This document shows positions 48,422-60,577 of a stretch of DNA of 64,000 bases, piece after piece (position 1 is the first letter of the stretch; each line of letters starts with the position of its first letter). A model generated the notes under the pieces. It saw only the letters and a program-made list of their open reading frames with translations, did no database searches and was not told where the DNA came from. Both the position numbers and the translations under genes were made by a program. Source of the DNA: Utricularia gibba (taxonomy: Eukaryota; Plantae; Magnoliophyta); NCBI GenBank assembly GCA_002189035.1, contig CM007990.1:5890001-5954000 (forward strand), in the 5' to 3' direction.

Positions 48422-50435
48422 TTATTCACACCCAAATTTTGTGTCAAAGCTGCTCAAACAGATGGCAAACGCTTCAAAGGCGGAGAGTGGGTACCGGTAA
48501 TCCATCGTGAAGGCATCCTTCCCAATCTTACCAAACTGTAGGATGATCTTGTCATGTTCTGGATGAGGAGGAGCTGACTGTGTTGATGTGTTGCTTGCTG
48601 CAGGCTGTATGTCTGCTATAAGCTGGAAGTTCTTTACAGAGGCGACGGTGACACGCCCTCTGAAGTTGAGGCACCAGCAGTGCAGTTGCTGGTGCCAGCG
48701 AGGAGCTTTGTTCTTGAGAACCAAGGGCCTTGTCTTTACGTCATCGTCTTCGGTTGCCAGCTCCATATCAGCAAATCTTGAGCTGCTGAACTCAGATGAC
48801 TGATCCAGAGATTTGGAGAAAGAGATGCTCCTGAATGAGTCCTCCAGAGGGCGTGGATGGAGCTCTGGTTGCCGCTGGGGAACAGTTCCACCAGGCTCAA
48901 TAGATGCAACAGGGATTGAGTACATGCTACAATGCATTTTCCTTGGGCCTTTGGTGCCAAGCACGTTTAGATCATATGTGATTTTAGCTACCCTGTAATT
49001 TCCTGATGGTAACTTTGGAGAAACCTTTGTTGAATGAAACCTACGGCTTGTTCTCCCTGAAGGTGAGCCAACAGGAGATGGCTGAGTGTCGTACATGATG
49101 AACTTTGTACCTAGAAAATTTGATCTGCAAAAGGACTTGAGATTAATGCATCACAAAGACACAATTCCATATTCCTCTGAAAGGTAGATGGACTAGAAGA
49201 CCATAACAACTGTAGAGAACCAATAACTTATACCAACAGCGCTTAATCCCCACACCATTTTCAAGTAATTATTTTTCTGGTTGATAATTTTGTCAATGCA
49301 TTAAAAATAATGTTCTCCGGCTGCACACAACCTAAAGCTAGGCAAGAATACTCGTGCTCAGACACATAAGCTAAACGAATTTGGGATAAGCCTTACCTTA
49401 ACCTTCCAACATATGTGCTACTTGATCTGGAAATATTGTCCTCGTTCATTGAGATGACATACTCGATAGAAGTGGTTCTGCGAGTTCGCTTTGCGGCAAG
49501 AAGGAACTTCCCATTTTCAGCTGTTAGAGCTGAAGAAAGAATATCAAAAATTATAAATCTGCTTTGAGCTACATCGTATGGATATGGAAATGATGCCACT
49601 GTTCTGTGCCCCTTGCATTTAAACGTTCGCATCAGTCGTACCACTTAAAATGGAGAAATGTGAATTTCCACTAAACTCCAAAATTGGCTTGAAGCAGTGA
49701 GCACACCAAGGACAGTACCAAAAAAGATGGAAAATTTCACAACTAAAAGCCAACATATTACATGTGTAATCAAGATGAGACCCTTTTATTCGAAAAGCAG
49801 CAAAGACTACCATTCACAGTAAAGCCTATCAGAAATACGCATAAACATAAACATAAGCATAAGAGAACAAGAAGTTTCAGCAACGGATACTCACCAGGAG
49901 TAAGACACAAAAACAGATGGTAGGTTAAATTAGATTTGTCTCTCTTAATGAAACATTGGATAGTTCCATCACGAGGTCCTGGCTGCAAATGAAAACACTA
50001 TTAGCATATGACTAAGAGAATCAACAGCTTCATTGTATTGATGCTACAATTCAAAAACTAGGTACCTTCGGAGAGAAGAAAAAGTACCTGCTTCAGGGAT
50101 ATAGGAAATGTGAGATTCCCAGATAATTCTGGGGCTTTGACAATTTCCGTACACATCTGCCTCCAAGTTCGACAAACTGCTGCACAAGCGACAACATGCT
50201 TTCTTGTGGGCCACGTGCTCTCATCCTCTTCCAACCTTCGAATCACATCATACAGCAGCTCTGGAAGGAGATTAGCCCAGGGGCTCTTTTGGTTAACTAA
50301 TGAGTGTTCGGCTACATCATGAAATGAGCAATTTGAGCTTCCCCTGCTATGTCCAGGAAATCTCACATCAAAGCTCCTCCTCGACAAGCTACGAAAACTG
50401 TCCCTTATATCTTGAGCTATACCCCGGAACGACAT
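48422..50435 (-). CDS. Tubby-like F-box protein
   Basis: F-box [36 protein letters not shown]; Tubby domain SLKQ|[89 protein letters not shown]. Confidence 0.96.
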
Positions 50436-51699
50436 TGCTCACTGTGTAAAAGATATCTTAGCAAAACTGCAAAAACGTTTTCTGTCAGCTTATCAACGAA
50501 ATTAGTCCTCTTGAGAAGTGAATACACCTGCCAAAAACTAAACCATTAAAGAAGCTTAAACGAAAAGAAGGAATAGAAAACTTCATTGAAGGTACGGAAC
50601 ATTCATATATTACACACTGTGCCTAAGTTAAGGCTAAGAGGTGTGCTTTTCATGCAAACTACGTGCCTTGAGGATTCATAGGGCTAAATCTAAAAGATTT
50701 TAAACTTGAATAAAAAGAACAAATTTGGAGAATCTGAGCCTGCACCGAAAATGTAGTGGCACAAGGGCCGTTCTCACAACCATGAAAGCAAAGAAACAGG
50801 ATGCAGAATTCCACAAGGTTACAACCAAAGTTACTGATTCCAAGTTACTACACCCACAAAACCGACTGCAATAAAAATAAAAAATCACAGGATACGGCAT
50901 CTGAATTCAACAACAAGACGCACAAGGAAAAAAATTAGGTAAGAGATACAAGCCAACACCCCCCCAAAAAAACGAAGGAAAGCATCATTTCAGTCCCCCA
51001 AATCTCGATAACTGTCTGAACACTGAAGCAGCACCAGATCAAAGGAAGAATAAGAACAATTTTAACGGGTTGGACTTGAGAAAACCAGAGAACACACGGA
51101 ATCAACGAAATCTCACCTTCGTTTCTCACGCACTAGCGCATACCAGACGAGGGGTTCGCTTGGATTGGGTTAAACTCAGTTCGTAGAACCAGTCCGCGAA
51201 GATAACGATAGACATTGACGCTGTTCTAGCATTTTCCTCGCATTTGTACAATTCTAACCTAAAAACACGGGAAACAAAAGAAAAGTACAAACTCATAAAA
51301 AGCCATACTCGTTTAGTTATTTACTTTATTATTTTTTTGTCCGAACCCCCAAAATTCACCCCCGGTAATTTTATTATTTAATATATTAAATTCAAAGAAT
51401 ATATACATTTTTTTAATAATTTGATCATTCTCTCTCGTGAGGTGAAAAAAAAAACCTTTTTTAGTAGAAAATGTGCATGCTGAAGATCTCGTTGTTTTAC
51501 CTACAGAGTTCTGGTAGCCTTTTTGAACGAGGCTCTAACAACTAATATAAAAATGCTTTGTTGTACCGAACCACAAAAAAGGAGGGGTATCATGTTATCA
51601 TCCTCAACGCATTCTAAAGTCAGCAGGATGCATTTTTCCGGTAAAGGGGGGACGACGAGGAAGTTCAGTTAGTCTGCGACGGAAGAAGAAGAAGAAGCT

Positions 51700-53325
51700 A
51701 TGGGCGCGGTGGAGAAACTCCGGTCGAGCAAGTTGTCCCTGAAGAAGAAGGGGGGTGTGTTTGAGAGGCTTTGGATGCGGATGGATCGGACGGGGCAGTC
51801 GGAACTGATCGAATGCGATAAGAGCGTGATCATCAAGCGCGCTTTGATACCAGTCAGAGATTTGAGGATCTTGGGGCCGATCTTCTCTAAGTCGTCAACC
51901 ATCCTCGGTAAGGCGTCTTGTATAGGGAGGGAGGAGAAGAAATTCTTTAACCTTGTAAGAACTGGGAGCGATTACAGAGATGGGCATGGCGGATACGAAA
52001 TTTTTCTTACTGATGTTTGCACGAAACATGGGAAGATTCTTGTATGAACTAGATGGGTTGACACTTGGCTGTGTTTTTAGCCTGAAAACGCTCATTCTTA
52101 TCAATCTAGTTCTTCGTCCGACACTGGTTTGCTTTGTGTGTTTTCAGCAAGGGAAAGAGCTATGATTATCAATCTGGAGTTCATAAGAGCGATAATAACT
52201 GCAGAAGAAGTACTGCTACTTGATCCATTGCGCCAAGAAGTTGTGCCATTTGTAGATAAACTGAGGAAGCTTTTGCTCAATAAAAGACCCAATAACCATT
52301 TTCTTCACCAAAACCAAACCCCATCTCCTACTCCTGAGCAGTGGTCTCCATGGCCTGAAACCGTACAAGAACAGCCACTCCCGTTTGAGTTCCAGGTACC
52401 AAAACTGGCTCCTTTTGCCTTCTTTTCACTATGAATGTTCTGTTGCTCTGTTTCTTCAACTCGGAAGCTCTTAATTTCTCACTAACTGTATCCCGACTCT
52501 CCTGAGTTCCAGGTTTTGGAGATTGCATTAGAAGTTGTCTGCTCCTATTTGGACACCAATGTCGCCGAACTGGAGAGAGGAGCTTATCCTGCTCTTGATG
52601 ACTTAACCAGGAACGTGAGCTCCAAGAATCTTGATCATGTTCGAGGGCTGAAGAGCATCCTTACACGCTTGCTTGCACGATCTCAAAAAGTATGATCCGT
52701 CTTCAAGTGTGGGATTTTATACTTCAGAACTCGTCTGCATGAAAGGCTTTGGTTCAATTTCAACAGGTGCGAGACGAGATCGAACATCTTCTTGACGACA
52801 ACGAAGACATGGCGCGACTCTACGTCACACGAAGAGGGACAAATAACCACCCACAAGCTGCACCCGCAGCATCAAGTACCGTTCCCACCAACACAGACAA
52901 CCATGATGTTGAGGAACTGGAGATGCTGCTGGAGTCCTACCTGATGCAACTGGACATCACACGCAACAAAATACTCTCCGTAAGATGTTGTCGTTTCTTC
53001 TTTAATCGGCGGTGCATCGGCAGTTACTGAAGTCCGATTGGATTCTTTGAAGGTTCGCGAGTATATCGACGACACGGAGGACTACGTCAATATCCAATTG
53101 GACAACCAGAGGAACGAGCTCATTAAGCTTCAGTTGATGCTCACGATCTCCTTCTTCGCCATCGCGATAGAGGGCTGTTTCGCCGGGGCGTTCGGAGTGA
53201 ACATTCCGATGGATCTGTTCAGGTCGACGGGGAAGTACGGATACACCGTCGCAGGAATGACTACGTTTACGTTGGTGTGCTATGTTCTCGTTCTGGGATA
53301 CGCTAGGCGGAAGAAGCTTATATAG
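51700..53325 (+). CDS. MRS2: MRS2/MGT (CorA-like) magnesium transporter, MRS2-4/MGT6-like, with GVN instead of GMN
   Basis: [69 protein letters not shown]|[56 protein letters not shown]1 ending FGVNIP; five exons. Confidence 0.95.
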
Positions 53326-53498
53326 TAGACACGAGGATGCTCATTTCATGATTACATGGCACATGCACATCATGCAAAGATGACATAAATCATGTACATG
53401 TATGTCATTCGGTAACTAGATATATTAAATATTCATATTTATATGTAAATTACAAACTTATTTAAAAAAATAAGATGCAAAATATATTTGGGTTTTAT

Positions 53499-53566
53499 TG
53501 GGCCACGGGTTATTGGGTTGGGCTATAACTACTGCAGCAATGAATCAAATTTCTCAGCTAGGGTTT
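53499..53566. promoter_or_regulatory. Site II (TGGGCY) elements plus telo-box upstream of RPS28
   Basis: TGGGCC at 53499-53504, TGGGCT at 53519-53524 and CTAGGGTTT (AAACCCTAG on the minus strand) at 53558-53566, the known cis-module of plant ribosomal protein promoters. Confidence 0.75.
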
Positions 53567-53816
53567 CAAAGTGCGTCTTCTTCTTCTTGCGCCGAGTTTG
53601 CTCGCATCTGATCTCTGCAGGTGCGCACATTATCTATAGATTTCGTGATTCTTTGCTTGTATGCAGTCTTTTATTCCACAGGGTGCTTGCTCGTTTTTAA
53701 GGTATTGTTTGAACTAAGAAACGTGGTCTTCAACGCTTTTGTGGATGCAATTTGTCATAGGGACCGACATTTCCAAGCGTTAAGTTTTCTAAACGAGTTG
53801 TTCTTGCTGAATCAAG

Positions 53817-54014
53817 ATGGATTCTCAGATCAAGCACGCCATCGTGGTCAAGGTCATTGGGAGAACAGGCTCACGGGGGCAGGTCACTCAGGTGAGAGTC
53901 AAGTTTGTGGATGATCAGAACCGATTCATCATGAGAAATGTCAAGGGCCCTGTTCGAGAGGGCGACATTCTCACGCTGCTCGAGTCCGAGAGGGAGGCAC
54001 GAAGGCTGCGTTGA
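53817..54014 (+). CDS. RPS28: 40S ribosomal protein S28
   Basis: [65 protein letters not shown], single coding exon. Confidence 0.99.
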   Translation: MDSQIKHAIVVKVIGRTGSRGQVTQVRVKFVDDQNRFIMRNVKGPVREGDILTLLESEREARRLR

Positions 54015-54365
54015 GTACTTCCTTGCTTGGTGTTTTGCTTCTCATTGTGAGTTCTTTGTGGCACCCTATCTACTTCTGGTTTCTATGGCACAAAAAAGGT
54101 TTGAGATTGAAGAGAATTTGATACCAAGGCTGCGCTTTGCTAATGCGAACCAAGCAGATCTAGCAGAAATCAAATGAATACTAAAGGATATTGTAAAACG
54201 AGAATGTGATTCAGAGTATGTGAAACGAATGAACAAATGGACTGGTCTCAAGCGTAGAGTATACGCGTACGCAAGTATGGCACAAGCGAATGCCACCGCG
54301 ATGGGGCGCTCACTGGCGCGGTGAGAGCTTCCTGAAACCTGCAGCCAAGAATGAAGATGTGGGAT

Positions 54366-56486
54366 TCATTTCTCTGGTCGTCTCAAGGTCAAGGGGATGC
54401 CCTCCTCGCAGCTCTCCCCTTGCTTCGTGGCGCGGATGGCAAACGAGGTTGACCCTGAAGCAGAACGGTAAGCCATCTCTGTGGTTTGAAATATGGTGCT
54501 TGTGTGTTTCATACAGCAAGGGGAGTGTGCATACCATCAGCCATGTCCTTGGTCTTGTGGAGGAGGAAGGTGCCTGAAAGAATAGTCACAAACCCGCACA
54601 TTTCTGTAACAATCTGCGTTGGATTTTGCCGGTCCCAGTCCTGCTCATTCCAGCACAATAAGCTTTCCCAGTTTGTTCAGAAAGCAGGAGTGGAGGTCAA
54701 AATGCCAACAATGATGGTGTGCATACTTACCTTGAACATGATCACACTGGCTATGATTGTCAAGGATGTGAACATCACATAATAAATCGGTGAAACGACA
54801 GCAGTGTTGAATGTGTCAAGTGCCTGCGTGAACGGCATACCACATATATGAGAAGACATGGGTTTTAAATCCGGAGATCAGCATACAGTGGGGAATTCAT
54901 GTAGCTAAACAACCGACTAAAGATCCACTCTGGTGGCAAACAACAATTTCATACAAGGAAAATAGATTCAGTTGCATGTGATTGGAAATGGTATGAGGTT
55001 TTGAACATGAGAATGCATGACTTTTCGAAATAAGAAACCAATTATTATTCACCTTGTTCAGGTAATTCATCTGAGTAAGAACACAAACCAATACAACCAG
55101 TGCAAAGACCCATGTCTGGGGATAGACTAGCTGATTCGTCCCATTAAACGTCAGCTTCAATGCGATTCCAAGTGCCTTGACACTCATAACCTGTCAAGCC
55201 ATTGCTCATGGATTTAAAAGCTGAAAAGAGAGATCATTCCACTGTGGCAGCACAACAGGCTAGTTACTTGATAATCTTGATATAGAAAATAATTGAATGA
55301 CGCATACCGAGAGTGAACCAACCAGAGAGCAGACCCCAATATAAAACCATATATGGGTCTGACCATACTGTGGGACATATTGAAATATTAAGACAACAAC
55401 AACTGCGATCACCAGAGTCGCATATATTACAAAACCTGCGAAGAACATAAAACCCTGTAAGTCTACAAATGCCACAAAGAAGTAAAATATCTATATGCAT
55501 AAAACAGACAACAATTCAGAAAGATGAAATTAAAGTTTGCCTGGTTCTGTGGCAAGGTCCCACACTTCTTTCACAGATTCAATCTGACGTTCTTGAGGAG
55601 CATGCAAAACAACAGTGGTCGATCCCACAACGCATAGAACACAACCAAGAATACCAAATATATGTAGCTTTTCCCTTAAAATGACATGCGCAAGTGCAGC
55701 ACTGCAATGAAGGGAGAGGTAAGCGTGCAGCACTTGTATTCGTGTAGGGTGCAGTAAGCAGTTGCATAATCATGCCTGATAATGATGCTAAGTGCGCCAA
55801 GTGGGGTAACCAGAATGGCAGGTGCAAATGCATAAGCTGCAAAATTTGCAATTTCTCCAACGATCACTGCAAAAATAAGATGCAATTCCATCTTAACGAA
55901 ATTTTGTTTCCTTGAAGACGAATACAAACTCAACTTACTTGTTATCATGCCTGTCCACCATAGTGGCTCATACAAATATGAATACCCTCCACTACCTGTG
56001 TGATAAAATACATCAGAAGAAAAGACACATCGATTTTAAAATGAAAAAAAGACAGCGGACATTATGGACAAAACTAACAGCATACAGCCCATACTTCCGA
56101 CGAAATAAGAAAAAATGGATTGAGCAAAGAGATGGAAATTATTTTATCTACTGATAACAAGCATACAACTTTCTGGTTTCAGATGATCGTCAGCAACGTC
56201 GGAAACAGGATCATCATCGCAAGACCCACTATAAGGCTGCTCCCTTTGCAATATTCGATCAGTCGAAAGGAAGATTTTATTTTCAATCGCTCGAAAGATC
56301 CAACTGCTTACCAGCCCTGATTCCCGAAGCACCTGCTTTCTTTAATCCCTTTTTCTTGACAATGAAGCTAGCGCCAATGAAGAAGCTCGAAGACAAAGCT
56401 AAAACCAACCCTTTAGTATTATCCGACGATATCCCTGTATACGACGCAGCAGCTGCAGCCGTCGCAGCCGCCGCCTCTGTGACCAT
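54366..56486 (-). CDS. NIPA-family (DUF803) magnesium transporter
   Basis: [94 protein letters not shown]|[32 protein letters not shown]; ends [11 protein letters not shown]. Confidence 0.96.
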
Positions 56487-56917
56487 CCTCACAACCCACG
56501 GAACAGATCTCAACTACAACACAAGCGTCATCCACCACTTCCGCAACCAAAAATGCTGCAACTCGAGAAATTGGGTGGATTCCCAGATAACCCAAATCTC
56601 GTCCAAAAATCCCCTGGTATCCCCAGCTCAAGTCGACACACTAGAATCTTAGTTGGGCAAATCATAAAATTACAAAATCCTGCTAAGACACCCCCGATTC
56701 CAGCGTAGAGCATCAAACAAGTTTCAGATCGAAGCAAGGGAAAAGGATAAACTAGACGTGGTTTTGCCTCAAAAGTCAATTCCACTGCAAAATTATAATT
56801 AATTTTGAATAAAAATATATTATTTACTATATATTTCCAATTCTGGAAAATGTAAAATAATTTTTTTACAGAATAATTATTTGGATGAAGATACAATAGA
56901 ATTGAAATGCAAGGGTA

Positions 56918-59001
56918 CTAATCTTCAGATGGGTCGATGTGCCTCCACACCAGGCCTAAAGTGCTACCGGCAACATTCATTATCACGGCGGACATCGCCG
57001 CCGGCACCGCCACAATCGGCGATGTGAAATGGCAGGTTGCTAGCACCACCCTAGAGACGAGTTCTGCATCCCCACCTGAACAAAACACAAGACCTTTTTC
57101 CCATATCCATTCGACACATAGACAGTACACTTTTTCTCCACTCTAACTTACTTCTATTGAGATTGCACGCCTTTGTCTTTCCTTGAACCCAGCCGTAGCT
57201 GCACACGCATATCTGCATCGAAGATCAGTGCAATTGGAATGAGCATAAGACAGCCATTCTTGAGTAACGCAAACGGAGATGCAAATCTTACCCTACAAAG
57301 AAACCAGACAGATGGAGCAAGAGGACTGAAACTACCACACTGCACGTCTCACTGGATAGAAATTGTTGAATGTATGGGGTGGATGATGATGCATTAGACA
57401 ATAGAGACGAAGTCGGCATCAGGCGGTAGACATTCTGGGAGAAGACACTGAGGAAGACAAGCCAGAGATTCTACATATAAATGGCAATGGGTAGTAGCAC
57501 AGGGTATAATGGGGAAAAAAGATCAATATGCAACAAGGACCTGCTTGCAAGGAGGGAAGAAGAAAGAACTGCTGCAATTGGTGCGAAGGGCGTCAGACGT
57601 TTCACAATCTGGGGAAACTTGCTCTGTAGATAAGAACCAAGCAGCACTGGTGCAACTACTACCTACATCAAGAGGCAATTCTGTTACTCTAGTTGAATAA
57701 AAAGAAGCAGCGGATGATTTTCACCTGGAGAGTGCTGATGGAAAGTTCGACAACGTTTATGGGTACATAAGCTCCAGCAAGAATGTTGCTCAGCAGTGGG
57801 GTAAGAATCACTGCTCCTAGCGTGGTGCACACTGTCATCACTATGGATAACGGAACATCTCCTTGAGCAATTAGTGTTACCTGTTGCACTATTTTCAGAA
57901 GATAACATACAAACTTGCAGATGATTCAAGTGGTGAAAGTTCAAATTTCCAGTGACATCTACCAAGGAAGGAAGACAGAGAGGGTGTAGTGTGGAGAAGG
58001 ATGTGTACGGTGTATATGGTTCTTGCCATGAGTTGATCTAGCTACTTCAAGTCTGACATCGAATAATAGATTACCACATTGGAGGCTGTTCCTCCAGGGC
58101 AGCAAGAAAGCAATATCAGACCCACTGAAAGGGACGGAGAAAGTCCCAGTAATTTGCTGACTATCGTCCCAAGAGCAGGCATAATTGTGTACTGACTGAG
58201 ACAACCAAAAAGAATCTGAAACAAGGAATTGCCAATAAGAAAAAGGGAAACACACAAGTCCTTGTAAAGAACACAATATAAATCAATAATACGTGAATTG
58301 AGAAGAAAAGAATGGTCGATGATCAGCAGTCAAGTCCCATAAGCACAAAAGATTCAAAAATGAAACTTCCTTGCACCCAGGATAAACCTCGGAGCTGTAT
58401 TCCTGCTTCAACCACTAATATTTATGCCACTTCTATTGCCCAATGCCACAATGCTATTGTATTGTATTAACAAAGTCCTTGAATTTCATTTAGAAAAATC
58501 CAATTTTCCGAAGCTGTACTAGATCAGTTTCATTATGGAAGCTATAGCTTATTCATCTTTCTCCAAAGTCGGAGTGCATTCTAGCAAAGTTCAGGGCAAA
58601 CTCACAGAGAGAGGCCTTTGCCTGAACAAATTGATCAATTCTTTAAACTCCAGCGTAATCCCCATTGCCAACATAATAAACCCCAGCGTCCAGCTATAAG
58701 AAGTTGGGGCAAGACCCACAAACCATGAATAAGTTGAAGGCTTCACAAAAGCAATCACCCCACCAACAGTAACGTACACAGGGTACAAGCTCGCAGCACC
58801 AGCCAACCAATTTTCCCACCCCCTCTTATCCGCCGGAGCCGCATAAGCCGAATTTCCGGAATTTCCAGTACTCCCACGAACCTTGCAACTCAAAATGGTG
58901 AATCGCCGCTGGATTGGCTTCACGGGCTTGTGGCGCGCAATTCTTGGTAAACCCCGTGTCGATGGGGAAGATAACGGAACGCAAAATAGAGAAACCGACA
59001 T
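56918..59001 (-). CDS. Bile acid:sodium symporter (BASS) family metabolite transporter, chloroplastic; one apparent 1-nt frameshift
   Basis: Transit peptide; LGFIMLAMGITLE, QYTIMPALG, GLILLSCCPGGTASNV|VTLIAQGDVPLSIVMT, QRRAISIE|VGMQNSSLG..VVLATCHF..PAAMSAVIMNVAGSTL. Confidence 0.93.
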
Positions 59002-59508
59002 TATCCAGACACCACAATGTTCTAAAAATCGATCAAAGAAACCGCTCTTCCAAACCTAAACCCAGTTCCCAATTCATCAACTTTTCCCTTCCACACAATT
59101 CGGAAGATATTTCAATGTCCCATTTCACGTCTTTCTTCAAAAATTGCATGCATAAATTACAAATATCCGCAGAATGTGAATGCGGCTCCGACACATGCGA
59201 ACGAGAGGAAATACATATTTGCTACTACAACCCAAAACGAGAGCTTCTGAAACAGAGACGTACACCTCTTCCAAGAAGATGGATGGATAGCTTACGCTCG
59301 AACAAGCCTGTGATTGCGTATGTAGTTTAAACAAAGCTAGGGATTCTGGGCCTGGGGTACTGCTCGGCCCAGGCTCAAATATTTTTTAACTGGTATGGAA
59401 TGTTAAATGGGCCCAAGCCCACACATGGAATTAAGGATAATTTTCCGGAAAAAAAAATAAGTTTTTCTCTTCCCTGACAAATGCGCTTTCGATTCGAGAC
59501 TCGAATCA

Positions 59509-59799
59509 TCAGCCCCCACGCTTCCGATCACCTTGGGGGTCTTCGCCTTCCGTCGCCGCCGCACCGGCACCGGCACTCCCCGGTGCGTCATTCCGGAAGC
59601 CAATGCAAGGACCACATTTCGCTTCTAACCAGCTTTCAACGTCGAATCCGCCGCGGCCCAGGATCCGGCGGCCAGTACAAATCCGACCGACGGCGACAGC
59701 CAAAGCGGCAAGTACGGCGACGACGGCGAGAACTCCAATGACCGGGGCGACGGATCCTCGGGAGGGGACGGAGGGCGGAGGCGGAAGCTGCTGGTCCAT
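59509..59799 (-). CDS. Small single-pass membrane protein of a conserved plant family of unknown function
   Basis: 96-aa single-exon ORF: GSVAPVIGVLAVVAVLAALAVAVGRICTGRRILGRGGFDVESWLEAKCGPCIG matches the remembered motif GSxGPVIxVLAV..GRLC.GRR....DxExWxExKCxxCI. Confidence 0.8.
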   Translation of the reverse strand: MDQQLPPPPSVPSRGSVAPVIGVLAVVAVLAALAVAVGRICTGRRILGRGGFDVESWLEAKCGPCIGFRNDAPGSAGAGAAATEGEDPQGDRKRGG

Positions 59800-60577
59800 T
59801 GGCGATGACGGCGGAGAAAGAAATCAGTGAAAAGAGATTTGGGAAAAGATCTGAGAATTGATGTCGTACGTGGGCATTTATTTTACTGCTGTAGCTGGCC
59901 TGTAAGAATAAAATGGGTAGCCTGTAATAAATACATTTCATATATATACTTTTATAATAAAAAAACACCAAAAAGGACAAAATTTTTCAAATACAAAATC
60001 CCCTTTCCTCATTTTAAATTTTGATCACCATTTTTACATCATAAAACATTTTGATGTGTTTAATATTAAGGTATTAGTATGTTTAAATATAATGCAATTA
60101 GGTTTGTATATAATCAATAATAAGGTATCTAATACATTATATATTTAATATCCGAAAATAAAGATCTGTAATATAAAAATTGAAATAAGTGTTCAATATG
60201 TAATAATAAACATTGATACATAATAATTTTTAAAGGTATATAAATGAAAATATGCCCTAATATAAACATACTTAATCATCATTTTTATTTATGTATATCA
60301 ATCACATATTCAAAAAAAATATTTAAATATTATAATCATACAAGAATGACATGCATATATAGTTGATCAAATTGAATATAAAACTTATGTAACAACTATC
60401 AAACAAGGTATTAGTGTGTTCTAATTAGTGACATGAAATTCTGAGTACCAACATGGTTGATGGTAGTGACTACTCTTGAAAGAAAGAAAAGAATGATAAG
60501 ATCTAATAGTACAACAAAGATAGGCGCACGCTAACTACTACTGTGTCTCTGTGGTTGATGCTATTGGTGGTGACTAC

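Noticed and set aside
59880-60500. Long AT-rich tract, possible Helitron or MITE remnant (similar tracts at 39550-39760 and 62800-62990)
   Set aside because: No identifiable termini, hairpin or target-site duplication; treated as ordinary intergenic DNA.
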